DNA of 32,000 bases, taken from NCBI GenBank assembly GCA_000166095.1, contig CP002278.1:600001-632000 (forward strand). The letters are read 5' to 3'. Below the pieces are notes generated by a model. It was not told the origin of the DNA. It worked only from the letters and a program-made list of their open reading frames with translations, and ran no database searches. Made by a program: the position numbers and the translations under genes. Each line of letters starts with the position of its first letter. Within the stretch, counting starts at the first letter, position 1. Shown piece by piece: positions 1 to 9,074 of the stretch. The stretch comes from Methanothermus fervidus DSM 2088 (GTDB lineage Archaea > Methanobacteriota > Methanobacteria > DSM-2088 > Methanothermaceae).

Positions 1-1
1 T

Positions 2-442
2 TGGGTACCTTTCGCATTAATATGGTTTGGTATTGGTCTTAAATCAGAAGTGTTTATAATATTTATCGGTTCTTTTTTCCCAATATTGCTTAATACAGTT
101 GACGCTGTTAAGGGCGTTGAGAAAGTTTTCATCGAAAGTGCATATGTCTTAGGAGCCAATGAACAACAAATATTAACTAAAGTAGTATTACCAGGTTCCC
201 TACCAGGAATTGTATTAGGTATGAGAGTAGGATTTGGTATAGGGTTTATGTGTACTGTTGCAGCAGAGATGATAGCCGCAAAATCAGGATTGGGTTATTT
301 GATCATGGATTCTATGCGGCTCATGGACACTGGAACTATGCTTGTAGGTATCATAACAATAGGAATACTAGGTTTTTTAATCGACACTATATTTGCAAAA
401 ATTGAAAAAAGAGAATTTAAATGGAGAGGAAAAACAACATGA
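2..442 (+). CDS. ABC transporter permease, TauC/SsuC (nitrate/sulfonate/taurine) family, 5'-truncated by window edge
   Basis: Frame is open from base 2 (WVPFALIWFGIGLKSEVFIMFIIFIGSFFPILLNTVDAVKGV), upstream of the track's ATG at 50. Motifs are typical of this permease family; it is followed by an overlapping ATPase gene. Confidence 0.88.
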   Translation, partial: WVPFALIWFGIGLKSEVFIIFIGSFFPILLNTVDAVKGVEKVFIESAYVLGANEQQILTKVVLPGSLPGIVLGMRVGFGIGFMCTVAAEMIAAKSGLGYLIMDSMRLMDTGTMLVGIITIGILGFLIDTIFAKIEKREFKWRGKTT

Positions 443-1194
443 TCATTGTTAAGAACCTTTCAAAGAAATTTGGAAACGTTAAAGTTCTAGATAATATAAA
501 TTTAAAAATAAAAGATGGTGAATTTTTCTGCATTGTAGGACCTTCAGGATGTGGAAAAACAACATTGTTAAGAATTATCGCTGGATTAGAAAAACCTACG
601 TCTGGAGAAGTTTATATCAACAGTGAAAAGGTAGGAAATCATAAATCTAGCTGTAGTATGGTATTTCAGCAATATGCATTATTTCCATGGAGAACTGTGC
701 TAGAAAATGTAATGTTTCCATTAGAAATTCAGGGAATATCTGAAAGTAAGAGACGTAAAATAGCCGAAGAATATCTTAAGCTTGTGGATCTACAAGATTT
801 CAAGGATGCATACCCTTATGAATTGTCAGGCGGTATGAAACAAAGAGTTGCAATCGTTAGAGCCTTAGTCAATGATCCTAAAGTATTATTGATGGATGAA
901 CCATTTGCAGCTTTAGACATGCAGACAAGAAATTTCTTACAAAAAGAATTATCATATATCTGGGAAAAGACTTGTAAAACAATTGTTTTTGTTACACATA
1001 ATATTGATGAAGCTGTTTTTCTTGGGGACAGGGTAGCTGTTATGAGTGCAAGACCTGGAAGAATATTAAAAATATTTGAAGTAAATCTAAAAAGACCAAG
1101 GGACAGATTAGATGAAAAATTTTTGGAAATTAGAGGTAAAATACTTGATATTCTTGAAAAAGAAGTTAAGCGATCGATTGAAATAAAAATATAG
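439..1194 (+). CDS. ABC transporter ATP-binding protein, TauB/SsuB-like
   Basis: Walker A GPSGCGKTT, Q-loop, signature LSGGMKQR, Walker B VLLMDEPF. The ATG at 439 overlaps the permease stop (ATGA); the track start at 421 is less likely. Confidence 0.93.
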   Translation: MIIVKNLSKKFGNVKVLDNINLKIKDGEFFCIVGPSGCGKTTLLRIIAGLEKPTSGEVYINSEKVGNHKSSCSMVFQQYALFPWRTVLENVMFPLEIQGISESKRRKIAEEYLKLVDLQDFKDAYPYELSGGMKQRVAIVRALVNDPKVLLMDEPFAALDMQTRNFLQKELSYIWEKTCKTIVFVTHNIDEAVFLGDRVAVMSARPGRILKIFEVNLKRPRDRLDEKFLEIRGKILDILEKEVKRSIEIKI

Positions 1195-1305
1195 TTAAAT
1201 TTGTTATTTTTGTTATTTACAGCTTTTTATTCTTGATTAAACAATATATAGAATAATCACCAAAAAATATTTTATTTGAGAATACAAATATTTGGAGAGA
1301 TTTTC

Positions 1306-1803
1306 TTGAAAAGATTAACGGTTGCTGTGCCAAAAAAATGGCGTAACAGACTTATAAAAGTCATCAATTTAGAACATGAACTTTGTACTAAGAAAAAAAA
1401 ATTAGAAATTCTAAAAAAGGGTGAAGATGCTTTAAAAATACCTTGTGGTTGGTTATCTATTTCGCAACTTGTAGATTATATAGTACAGCAGTATGTTACA
1501 AGGAAAGATATTGATCTGGATTTTTTCAAAACAAAAAATAAAGATACATTATCACTGAATGGAAAGTTAAGTATAACATTTAATGATGATACATATAAGA
1601 AAGTTCAAAATTTTAGGAAAAGACTTGCTCGTAAAGGCAGATGTATCTCATTTGCAGAGGTAGTCAGATCTGCAATAAAATCTTGGTTTGAATCGGAACG
1701 TCCAATTTATCATTTAAAAAAAGAGATTGAAAACGTGGAAAAATTAATAAAAAAATATGAAAGTAAAAAAGAAAAGAGAATGGAAATGTGGCACAGACCT
1801 TAA
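1306..1803 (+). CDS. Hypothetical protein with two ribbon-helix-helix-like segments (putative DNA-binding regulator)
   Basis: Probable TTG start at 1306 preceded by GGAGAG (track start 1276). Segments 'KRLTVAVPKKWRNRLIKVIN...SISQLVDYIVQQYV' and 'KLSITFNDDTYKKVQNFRKRL...ISFAEVVRSAIKSWFE' each read as strand-helix-helix. Confidence 0.55.
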   Translation: MKRLTVAVPKKWRNRLIKVINLEHELCTKKKKLEILKKGEDALKIPCGWLSISQLVDYIVQQYVTRKDIDLDFFKTKNKDTLSLNGKLSITFNDDTYKKVQNFRKRLARKGRCISFAEVVRSAIKSWFESERPIYHLKKEIENVEKLIKKYESKKEKRMEMWHRP

Positions 1804-1832
1804 TCACCAAAAATTAACTATGATGGTCACAT

Positions 1833-3248
1833 ATGTGTGGGATTGCAGGTTTTTCTGGAAAAAATGCAAAAAAAATTGTTGAAAAAATGCTTAAAATTTT
1901 AAGGCATCGAGGACCTGATGCAACAGGAATTTATTATGATAGCAAAGTAAAAATTATTTATGATAAAAAAGTGGAGGAGAAAGAAGCTCCGCCTTCCAGC
2001 AATTTAGCCCTTGGTCATAATCTTCTTTCAATAATTGGAGGTCCCCAGCCAATCACAGGAAAAGGTGTCTTAGTGTTTAATGGTGAAATTTATAATTACA
2101 AAGAACTTTATGCTAAGGCAAATTCAGATGCAGAAACAGTACTTTACCTTATTGAGAAACATGGTGGAGATATTGAAGATGCTCTCAAATGGACTGTTAA
2201 CAAAATAGATGGAGATTATGCATTTGCTTATTTTGATGGTGAAAATATCGCATTAGTACGTGATCCAGTAGGTGTTAAACCACTTTATTACTCTGATTCA
2301 GCATTTGCTTCAGAAAGAAAAGCTTTATGGAAAATAGGCTTGAAAGATATAAAAAGTCTTAAACCAGGACATGCTCTCATAAATAATAAGCTTGTAAAAC
2401 TTAAAGATCTTCCAAAACCAAAACCTCTTAATAATATTAAACTAGAAAAATTGAAAAATATGCTTAAGTCATCCATTATTTCTGCAGTTGAAAAAAGAAC
2501 TAGAGACATCGATAAGGCAGCATTAGTATTTTCTGGTGGTGTTGACAGTACATTACTAGCAATTCTTCTTGATAAATATATTGATGTTAAACTTTATACT
2601 GTAGGAGTTCCAGGTTCCCAAGATCTTAAATTCGCATTAAAAGCTGCAAAAGATTTAGATATGGAACTTAAAGTTTTAAAAATTGAAAAAGATGTTGTAA
2701 AAGAAATGCTCCCAAAAGTACTTACAGCTATCGAGGAATATAATATAATGAAAATTGGAGTGGCAATGCCTCTCTACATTGCATCTGCAGCTGCATCATC
2801 TGATGGATATAAAGTCATATTTTCTGGCCAAGGAGCTGATGAATTATTTGCAGGATATTATCGTTACAAACGGCTTTTAAGAGAAGGAAAACTTGAGGAA
2901 GCACTTCTCCATGACTTGAAAAACATGTATCATGTAAACCTTGAGAGAGATGATGCTGCTACAATGGCAAACTCAATTGAACTTCGTGTACCTTTCCTTG
3001 ATTATGATGTGATAAAAGTTGCAGTTCAAATACCTATAAAATATAAAATAAAGGATCCAAGCGATATCCTTAGGAAAAGAATATTACGGGAAATTGCTAT
3101 TGAACTTGGAGTGCCCGAATACATAGCAATGAGACCAAAGAAGGCAGTCCAATATGGTTCAGGTGTAGATAAAATATTAAGGAAAAAAGTACTCCCAAAT
3201 TTTGACCATGAATCTTTCATGAAAAAATTAATGAGTGCTTCAGGATAA
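1833..3248 (+). CDS. asnB: Asparagine synthetase (glutamine-hydrolysing), short archaeal form
   Basis: MCGIAGFSG N-terminal nucleophile Cys, HRGPDATG, FNGEIYNY, GDYAFAY, ATP-PPi motif FSGGVDST, SGQGADELFAGY. Confidence 0.9.
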   Translation: MCGIAGFSGKNAKKIVEKMLKILRHRGPDATGIYYDSKVKIIYDKKVEEKEAPPSSNLALGHNLLSIIGGPQPITGKGVLVFNGEIYNYKELYAKANSDAETVLYLIEKHGGDIEDALKWTVNKIDGDYAFAYFDGENIALVRDPVGVKPLYYSDSAFASERKALWKIGLKDIKSLKPGHALINNKLVKLKDLPKPKPLNNIKLEKLKNMLKSSIISAVEKRTRDIDKAALVFSGGVDSTLLAILLDKYIDVKLYTVGVPGSQDLKFALKAAKDLDMELKVLKIEKDVVKEMLPKVLTAIEEYNIMKIGVAMPLYIASAAASSDGYKVIFSGQGADELFAGYYRYKRLLREGKLEEALLHDLKNMYHVNLERDDAATMANSIELRVPFLDYDVIKVAVQIPIKYKIKDPSDILRKRILREIAIELGVPEYIAMRPKKAVQYGSGVDKILRKKVLPNFDHESFMKKLMSASG

Positions 3249-3264
3249 TCTTTGAGGTGTATTC

Positions 3265-3615
3265 ATGAAAAAATATGATACAGGAACAGCTATCTTTACA
3301 GCATTAATAATTGGAATTGTTTTTTCATTTTTATTTGACAAAATATTTGTATTGATAATTGTGGGATTTTTAAGTACTTATCTCTCTAAAGAGAAAAATA
3401 GTGGAATAGGAGCAACTGCTTCATTGTGTTTAGGAATGATATATTTCTTTTTTCATCTCATACAAATTCCTGAAGTACCAGACTGGATTTCAAGATCTCT
3501 TGGTCCAGATTTCTTAACTTTTAGTTTAAGTTTTATGCTGATATGTTTATTAAGCATGTTTTTAGGTGGAATTGGAGGATTCATAGGCAGTAGTGTGAGA
3601 AAAAATGAAAAATAA
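3265..3615 (+). CDS. Small membrane protein of unknown function
   Basis: 116 aa ORF with several hydrophobic segments; overlaps the start of the next gene by 11 nt. Confidence 0.6.
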   Translation: MKKYDTGTAIFTALIIGIVFSFLFDKIFVLIIVGFLSTYLSKEKNSGIGATASLCLGMIYFFFHLIQIPEVPDWISRSLGPDFLTFSLSFMLICLLSMFLGGIGGFIGSSVRKNEK

Positions 3616-4918
3616 AAAAGTGGCAGTGATAGGTGGTAGCAGAGGTTTAGGTAAATGGATAGCAAAATTTCTAAAAAAGGAAGGTTTTAAAGTCACCATA
3701 ACAAGTAGAGATCATGAATATGGAAGAAAAGTAGCTAAAAAAATGGGAGTAAAATATTGTGAGAATAATATAGATGCTGCAAAGAGTTCAGATATAGTCA
3801 TTGTTTCTGTACCTATAGCAAGTACGGTTAAAGTTATTAAAGAAATTGCACCTCATTTAAGAAAAGGTTCTTTACTTCTTGATGTCACATCTATTAAAGA
3901 AAAACCTGCTAAAGCTATGGAGAAATACGTTCCTAATTATGTTGAGGTTTTACCGACACATCCTATGTTTGGACCACGTATTACGTCTTTAGATGGACAA
4001 GTTGTCATATTAACACCAATAAGGAAATCTAAATGTTTAAATAAAGTTATTAATTTTTTAAAAGAAAAAAAGGCTAGAGTAATAGTAACTACGCCAAAAA
4101 AACATGATAAAATGATGAGTGTAATACAAGTTCTGACACATTTTGCCTATATTTGTATAGCCTCAACTATAGAGAAACTTAAAATAAATATAAAAGAATC
4201 AAGGAAATTTGCTAGCCCTATATATAATCTTATGGTAGATACTATTGCCAGAATAGTTGCACAGAATCCTCATTTAACATTTTCAATTCAGCATGAAAAT
4301 AAGGAAGGTGAAAAAGTTAGAAAGCTTTTCATAGATATAGCAAAAAAAATGAACAACATCATTGAAAACAATGAAAAAGAAAAATTTATAGAGGAAGTTA
4401 GAAAAGCAGCAAAAAATTTAGATGATATTGAATCTGCTTTAGGAAGATCTGATAAAGCAATAGCAGCATTAAATGAAGAAATTAAGAAACTTAAAAAATC
4501 TGTTGGTAAAGAAGTTGGTTTAAAACACATATATTCTGGTAAAGTACATGTTGGGATTTTAAAGGAAGTATCTCCTGATTTTGTAGTTTTAAAATCTAGA
4601 AAAATGACTCTAAAATTAAAAACTTCAAACATAAGAATACTCAATAAAAAAGAATTGCAGAAATGGAAAATTAAAAAATTTGGAACAAAAAAATTCGATA
4701 TATCTGTAATTTTCCCTGAAAAATGTGATCCAAACGTAATTGCAAAAGTTGTTGAAAATGAAGAGGGAGTTATATCAGCCAAAATTATAGATGTATATAA
4801 AGGAGAGCAAATACCACAAGGAATGGTAAGTATAACAATACGTTTTGAAGTATTGGATAAAAAATATTATCAAAATGTTAAAAAATTGTTAGAAGGCTTA
4901 GGAGCAAAAATAAGATGA
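3605..4918 (+). CDS. tyrA: Prephenate dehydrogenase-like protein (TyrA family) with extra C-terminal domain(s)
   Basis: N-terminal Rossmann motif VAVIGGSRGLGKWIAKFLKKEGFKVTITSR; SDIVIVSVPI; HPMFGPR; QVLTHF. The C-terminal about 75 aa are unrelated to TyrA. Confidence 0.8.
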   Translation: MKNKKVAVIGGSRGLGKWIAKFLKKEGFKVTITSRDHEYGRKVAKKMGVKYCENNIDAAKSSDIVIVSVPIASTVKVIKEIAPHLRKGSLLLDVTSIKEKPAKAMEKYVPNYVEVLPTHPMFGPRITSLDGQVVILTPIRKSKCLNKVINFLKEKKARVIVTTPKKHDKMMSVIQVLTHFAYICIASTIEKLKINIKESRKFASPIYNLMVDTIARIVAQNPHLTFSIQHENKEGEKVRKLFIDIAKKMNNIIENNEKEKFIEEVRKAAKNLDDIESALGRSDKAIAALNEEIKKLKKSVGKEVGLKHIYSGKVHVGILKEVSPDFVVLKSRKMTLKLKTSNIRILNKKELQKWKIKKFGTKKFDISVIFPEKCDPNVIAKVVENEEGVISAKIIDVYKGEQIPQGMVSITIRFEVLDKKYYQNVKKLLEGLGAKIR

Positions 4919-6859
4919 ATTAGTTACTAATTGCCAAACTACCGTAGAATTGTTCCTATATATTGGTTTAAAGTATTTCGGCGGCTGCTTTAAAATAACT
5001 AATTTTACAAACATAGAATTCTCAAAGTTTTTATCAATTATCAATATTTTATCTGGTGAAATGAAAATTATAGAAAAATTACTGTCTTTATTTATTATTA
5101 CCTTTTTTATGTTTCTATCCACAATGATAAAAGAGTGAGGAGCTTTTTTATTCCACAATGCTCTTTTATGATTTAAATCTAAAACAACATGATTTTTGTA
5201 AGCATTTTCTTTTTTTAGATAAATATATAATATTTCCTTGCTTTTACCAGCTTTAAAATTCCAATTACTATAATAGAAATACCAATAACCTACTTCTACA
5301 TCTCTATCACTTGTAAAGATAAGTATATTTGGTTGTTCAGAACATTTATTTTTTAAAAAACTTACAGCATCCTTTTTACTCATATAATTTTCTAAAATTT
5401 TTGTTGTATTGTTTTTATCCATTTTTAGTATTTCGTCCAGAATTTCTACATGTCTAGCACCAGTCTTGTTCTGCAATGAATAAATCAGAGAATCACCACT
5501 TAAAGATAAGAGTTGTAAAATATTGGAAGAATAATATTCGTTGTCTGTTGCATATGCTTTGCATATCCAATACATACGTGGTGTATTTTGTGATCCACCA
5601 TCAACTAATACTGGTCTTTGTGCAAAAGTTTCTAAAAAATAACCATAGGACCAATCTGATATTATTACAGAGTTTTGAGGCGTGTTGTTTTTAATCCATT
5701 CTGCTGCAGCAACTTGATCTTTATTTATGATGGCCTTTTCTTTATTTAAGGATGCTCCACATTGTAAAATAAGAAGAAATAAAACAAACAACAAAATTAC
5801 ATGTTTTCCAGTTTTTTTCTTTTTAATAAATAATTTTCCGATATAATTAATAATAATGGCTACAATAAGTGATAATGATATTGCAGGCCAAATAATAAAT
5901 CTAATTGCCTGAACATATAATAAAATTCCCGTAATTACCCAAAGAATCAATGTTAAAAATAATAAGCTGTCTATTTTTATTTTTCTTTTGTAAAATAAAA
6001 ATGCAAATAATATTATTAAGTAGATTGATGCGAAAGTGATACAAATGAATTTTAGCCCATAGGGCTTCTGCAATTCTACCACTGATTCATAAATATTTGG
6101 ATAATAAGATTTTGGCATGAAAAATCCAAATGGAGGAATCAAAGAATTGACACCATGAATCAAGATAAGTAGGATTGTAGTGATAACCACAAACAATATA
6201 ACAAATTTTCTTTTTTCTTTAACAAAATTTAAAAAACATGAAATTGTAAACAAATAATAGATGTATGTCCAACCTTCCCAAGTCAGTGAAAACAAAACTA
6301 CTGAAAAAGAAGCTGGAATTACATACATAAATTTTTTAGAGTTTTTAGCTTTTAATAAGAAATATAAAGTAAGGAGTGGAAAAATAGCATAAAACATGTC
6401 AGTGTCAAAAATTCCAGCACTTGTTCTAACCGTGTATATGGGATTTGTTACCAATAATAATCCTGCTAAGATTCCAGTTACTTTATCATCGTCCTGAAAT
6501 AAATAAAAGGATATTATACCTGCTAGAGGTGCAATAAAGGCTGGAAAATAAAAACATAGCTGAAGTAGTTGTAATGATGGAAAAATAAAATTGAGGATTC
6601 TATATGATACAGCTGTTACCCAAGGAAGTAATGGAGGATAATCAACAATTCTACCAGTAGGATAGTAAGAATAAATATCCCACGAATCTCCATTTTTTAA
6701 TATATTTCCCATATGTCCATTTTTTAATATGTTATCAGTCAAACGATAGTTATAGTATGAGTCAGGTTCACACATGATTCTATAGTTTGTGTCAAATGGA
6801 TATAAACGTAAAAAACACCCAAGCAAAAAAATTATTAAAATGATTACTTTAAATCTCAT
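4898..6859 (-). CDS. aglB: Oligosaccharyltransferase catalytic subunit, Stt3/AglB family
   Basis: Reverse complement from 6859 encodes MRFKVIILIIFLLGCFLRLYPFDTNYRIMCEPDSYYNYR (compare FDPWFNYR of Stt3), a DTDMFY DxD motif, many TM segments, and NNTPQNSVIISDWSYGYF in the WWDYG position. The supplied track labels it '+'; the nucleotides show it is '-'. Confidence 0.87.
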   Translation of the reverse strand: MRFKVIILIIFLLGCFLRLYPFDTNYRIMCEPDSYYNYRLTDNILKNGHMGNILKNGDSWDIYSYYPTGRIVDYPPLLPWVTAVSYRILNFIFPSLQLLQLCFYFPAFIAPLAGIISFYLFQDDDKVTGILAGLLLVTNPIYTVRTSAGIFDTDMFYAIFPLLTLYFLLKAKNSKKFMYVIPASFSVVLFSLTWEGWTYIYYLFTISCFLNFVKEKRKFVILFVVITTILLILIHGVNSLIPPFGFFMPKSYYPNIYESVVELQKPYGLKFICITFASIYLIILFAFLFYKRKIKIDSLLFLTLILWVITGILLYVQAIRFIIWPAISLSLIVAIIINYIGKLFIKKKKTGKHVILLFVLFLLILQCGASLNKEKAIINKDQVAAAEWIKNNTPQNSVIISDWSYGYFLETFAQRPVLVDGGSQNTPRMYWICKAYATDNEYYSSNILQLLSLSGDSLIYSLQNKTGARHVEILDEILKMDKNNTTKILENYMSKKDAVSFLKNKCSEQPNILIFTSDRDVEVGYWYFYYSNWNFKAGKSKEILYIYLKKENAYKNHVVLDLNHKRALWNKKAPHSFIIVDRNIKKVIINKDSNFSIIFISPDKILIIDKNFENSMFVKLVILKQPPKYFKPIYRNNSTVVWQLVTNSSYFCS

Positions 6860-6932
6860 AATTTTTAGTTTTCATCATAAAATATTTAAATTTTTATTGG
6901 ATTTAAAAAGTTAAAAATTGGAGAGATGTAAA

Positions 6933-8543
6933 ATGAAATTTAGATGTGCAGACGCAATCATAAAAATTCTTGAAAAAGAAAATATTAAATATGTTTTTGG
7001 CCATCCAGGAGAACATGTTTTACCCCTCCTAGATGCAATTAGAAAATCTAAAATTAAACATGTATTGTTTCGACACGAACAAGGAGCAATTCATGCAGCC
7101 GATGGATATGCCCGTGCTAATAGAAAATTTGCTGTATGTCTTTCAACTGGAGGTCCTGGGGCTCTTAATTTTGTAATGGGTGTTGCTACAGCATATAAGG
7201 ATTCTGTTCCTTTACTCATACTTACGGGAGATATTCCAACAAATGATGTTGGTAAAAATGTTTTTCAGGAAGTAGATATTTGTGGCATATTAAAACCTAT
7301 AACTTTGGAAAGCTTTGATCCTTTAACACCAGAAGATTTGATTCTATCACTTAAAAAATCTTTAAAAATGTTAAAATATGGGCCAACTGGTCCTATACAC
7401 ATAAATTTACATAAAGATATTCTTGAGGAAAGAGTTTCGAGTAGTTTAGTTGATAAAAAAGTTAAAATAAAAATCAGGGAGGACAAAAGTAGGTTAAGTG
7501 ACGCCATAGATATTTTAAAATCTGCAAAAAGATTGCTGATATTAGCAGGTGGAGGTGTTTTATGGGCAGGTGCCTCCAAAATTTTAAAAAAAATAGTAAA
7601 AACTAAAAAAATTCCGCTAGTTACTACATATCCAGCTCGTGGAGTCATTAATGAGTATGAAGAATTTTGTTTGGGAATGATTGGCTTAAGAGGTACAAAA
7701 GCTGCAAATTTTGCTGGAAAAACATGTGATGTTTTATTGGCTTTAGGAGCTAAACTTACAGAACGTACATTAGAAGGAATTGGTAATCCAGAAATAATAC
7801 AAGTAAATCTTGATAAAAGATTTTTAAAAGGAGATGTTAATTTACAGATGGATGTAAAAGAATTTTTAGAGATTATTGAGAAAATAGATATATCAGTTGA
7901 TGGAAAGTGGTTAAAAAAATTAAAAAATCTTAAAAAAGAACACATGGAAATTATTAAAAATTCTAAAATATCAAAAACTCAACAAATTATTAAAAAAATA
8001 TTAGAATTTGATGAAAAGGCAATAATTGTTAATGATGCTGGAAGTCATACAACCTGGGTAACCTTATGTAAAAAAGTTGTAAAACCAAGGTCTCTTATTT
8101 TTTCAGGATCTTTTGGTCCTATGGGATATGGATTACCAGCAGCTATTGGCGTGAAATTTGCAAAACCAAATGAAAACGTAATAGTTATAGTGGGAGATGG
8201 TGGATTTCAAATGACGTTGCAAGAACTGGCTACAATCAAACAGTATAATTTACCTATACTTATCTGTGTTTTAAATAATCAATCCTTAAACATTATAAGA
8301 CAATGGCAAGAAATGATGTATAATGCTAGTTATTCTGTAGAGTTGAAAAATCCTGATTTTGTGAAACTTGCCAAATCATATGGAATAAAAGCTATGAAGG
8401 TTAAAAACTTGAAGGAAATAAATAAAATTTTAAGAAAGGCACTGGAATTTAATTCACCATTTCTTATTGAGATCAGAGTGCCTAAAGAAAATATTCCTTT
8501 GCCAAAGACTATTAAAGAAAAATTTTCTATAGGATGGGAGTAG
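6933..8543 (+). CDS. ilvB: Thiamine-pyrophosphate enzyme, acetolactate synthase large-subunit-like
   Basis: FGHPGEH, RHEQGAIHAADGYAR, GGPGALN, GDGGFQMTLQEL, RQWQEMMY. ATG at 6933 preceded by GGAGAG; the track start at 6918 is a TTG. Confidence 0.8.
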   Translation: MKFRCADAIIKILEKENIKYVFGHPGEHVLPLLDAIRKSKIKHVLFRHEQGAIHAADGYARANRKFAVCLSTGGPGALNFVMGVATAYKDSVPLLILTGDIPTNDVGKNVFQEVDICGILKPITLESFDPLTPEDLILSLKKSLKMLKYGPTGPIHINLHKDILEERVSSSLVDKKVKIKIREDKSRLSDAIDILKSAKRLLILAGGGVLWAGASKILKKIVKTKKIPLVTTYPARGVINEYEEFCLGMIGLRGTKAANFAGKTCDVLLALGAKLTERTLEGIGNPEIIQVNLDKRFLKGDVNLQMDVKEFLEIIEKIDISVDGKWLKKLKNLKKEHMEIIKNSKISKTQQIIKKILEFDEKAIIVNDAGSHTTWVTLCKKVVKPRSLIFSGSFGPMGYGLPAAIGVKFAKPNENVIVIVGDGGFQMTLQELATIKQYNLPILICVLNNQSLNIIRQWQEMMYNASYSVELKNPDFVKLAKSYGIKAMKVKNLKEINKILRKALEFNSPFLIEIRVPKENIPLPKTIKEKFSIGWE

Positions 8544-8710
8544 TAAATTTATTTAAAATTTTCTTACAATGCCAATGCTTATATGTTAGAATTTTTAAAT
8601 TTTTTTACAAACTATCATGATTTATCATGTAATAATATAAAGTTGTGTAAACGTGTTAATGCATTAGAACCATACTTAAATAAATATACCTTCTCAACAA
8701 GAGGAAAAAC

Positions 8711-8718
8711 TTATATAT
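8711..8718 (+). promoter_or_regulatory. Putative TATA box (with A-rich upstream BRE-like GAAAAAC) for the hydrogenase operon
   Basis: GGAAAAACTTATATATTG lies about 35-42 nt upstream of the first ATG (8753), preceding GAGGT at 8741-8745. Confidence 0.55.
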
Positions 8719-8752
8719 TGAGCTCACAAATGAGAAAATAGAGGTTAAAAAT

Positions 8753-9073
8753 ATGAGCACTGTCGATTACATATTTGGAGGGCTAACTGTCGTTGTAATC
8801 ATCACATGTAGCTACTGGTTAAGCGGAATGTTGTCAAGTAAAAGTAAACATCAGAAAATTTTCAAAAGACCATTTACAAGTGGAGCTGTCAATCTACCAA
8901 AACATTATAAGTACATAACAAAGATAGTTGTATTTTTATCATTCTTCTTCACGTTGGAATCACTTCTAATTGCATCAATATTCACAGGTTTATCATTTTC
9001 CACTTTGATATATTTCACACTTACTCTTATTGCTGTCGTGCTTTTCACAATGTTATTCTCTAGAGGTGAGTAA
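8753..9073 (+). CDS. Small membrane subunit, possibly NuoA-like, of the complex-I-like hydrogenase
   Basis: First gene of a tightly packed operon. Has ...FKRPFTSG...YKYITKIVVFLSFFFTLESLLIASIF, which loosely matches the NuoA loop-TM2 layout with its TM2 acidic residue. Confidence 0.5.
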   Translation: MSTVDYIFGGLTVVVIITCSYWLSGMLSSKSKHQKIFKRPFTSGAVNLPKHYKYITKIVVFLSFFFTLESLLIASIFTGLSFSTLIYFTLTLIAVVLFTMLFSRGE

Positions 9074-9074
9074 A

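Noticed and set aside
6764-6769. Possible loss of the catalytic metal-binding Asp in the first external loop of the AglB-like protein (CEP instead of CDP).
   Set aside because: Aligning EP-DSYYNYR to Stt3 FDPWFNYR shows that the Asp of DSYYNYR occupies the conserved position, so the metal ligand is retained.
6933-8543. Considered calling the TPP enzyme something other than acetolactate synthase, because PITLESF replaces the usual PITKH and no ilvN is adjacent.
   Set aside because: The acetolactate-synthase hallmark RQWQ and the FQEVDICG region are retained. Substrate cannot be decided from sequence alone, so it stays ALS-like with reduced confidence.
8641-8661. Direct-repeat-like GTGTAA-ACGTGTTAA sequence upstream of the hydrogenase operon.
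   Set aside because: Too short and imperfect in an AT-rich region to claim as a regulatory repeat.
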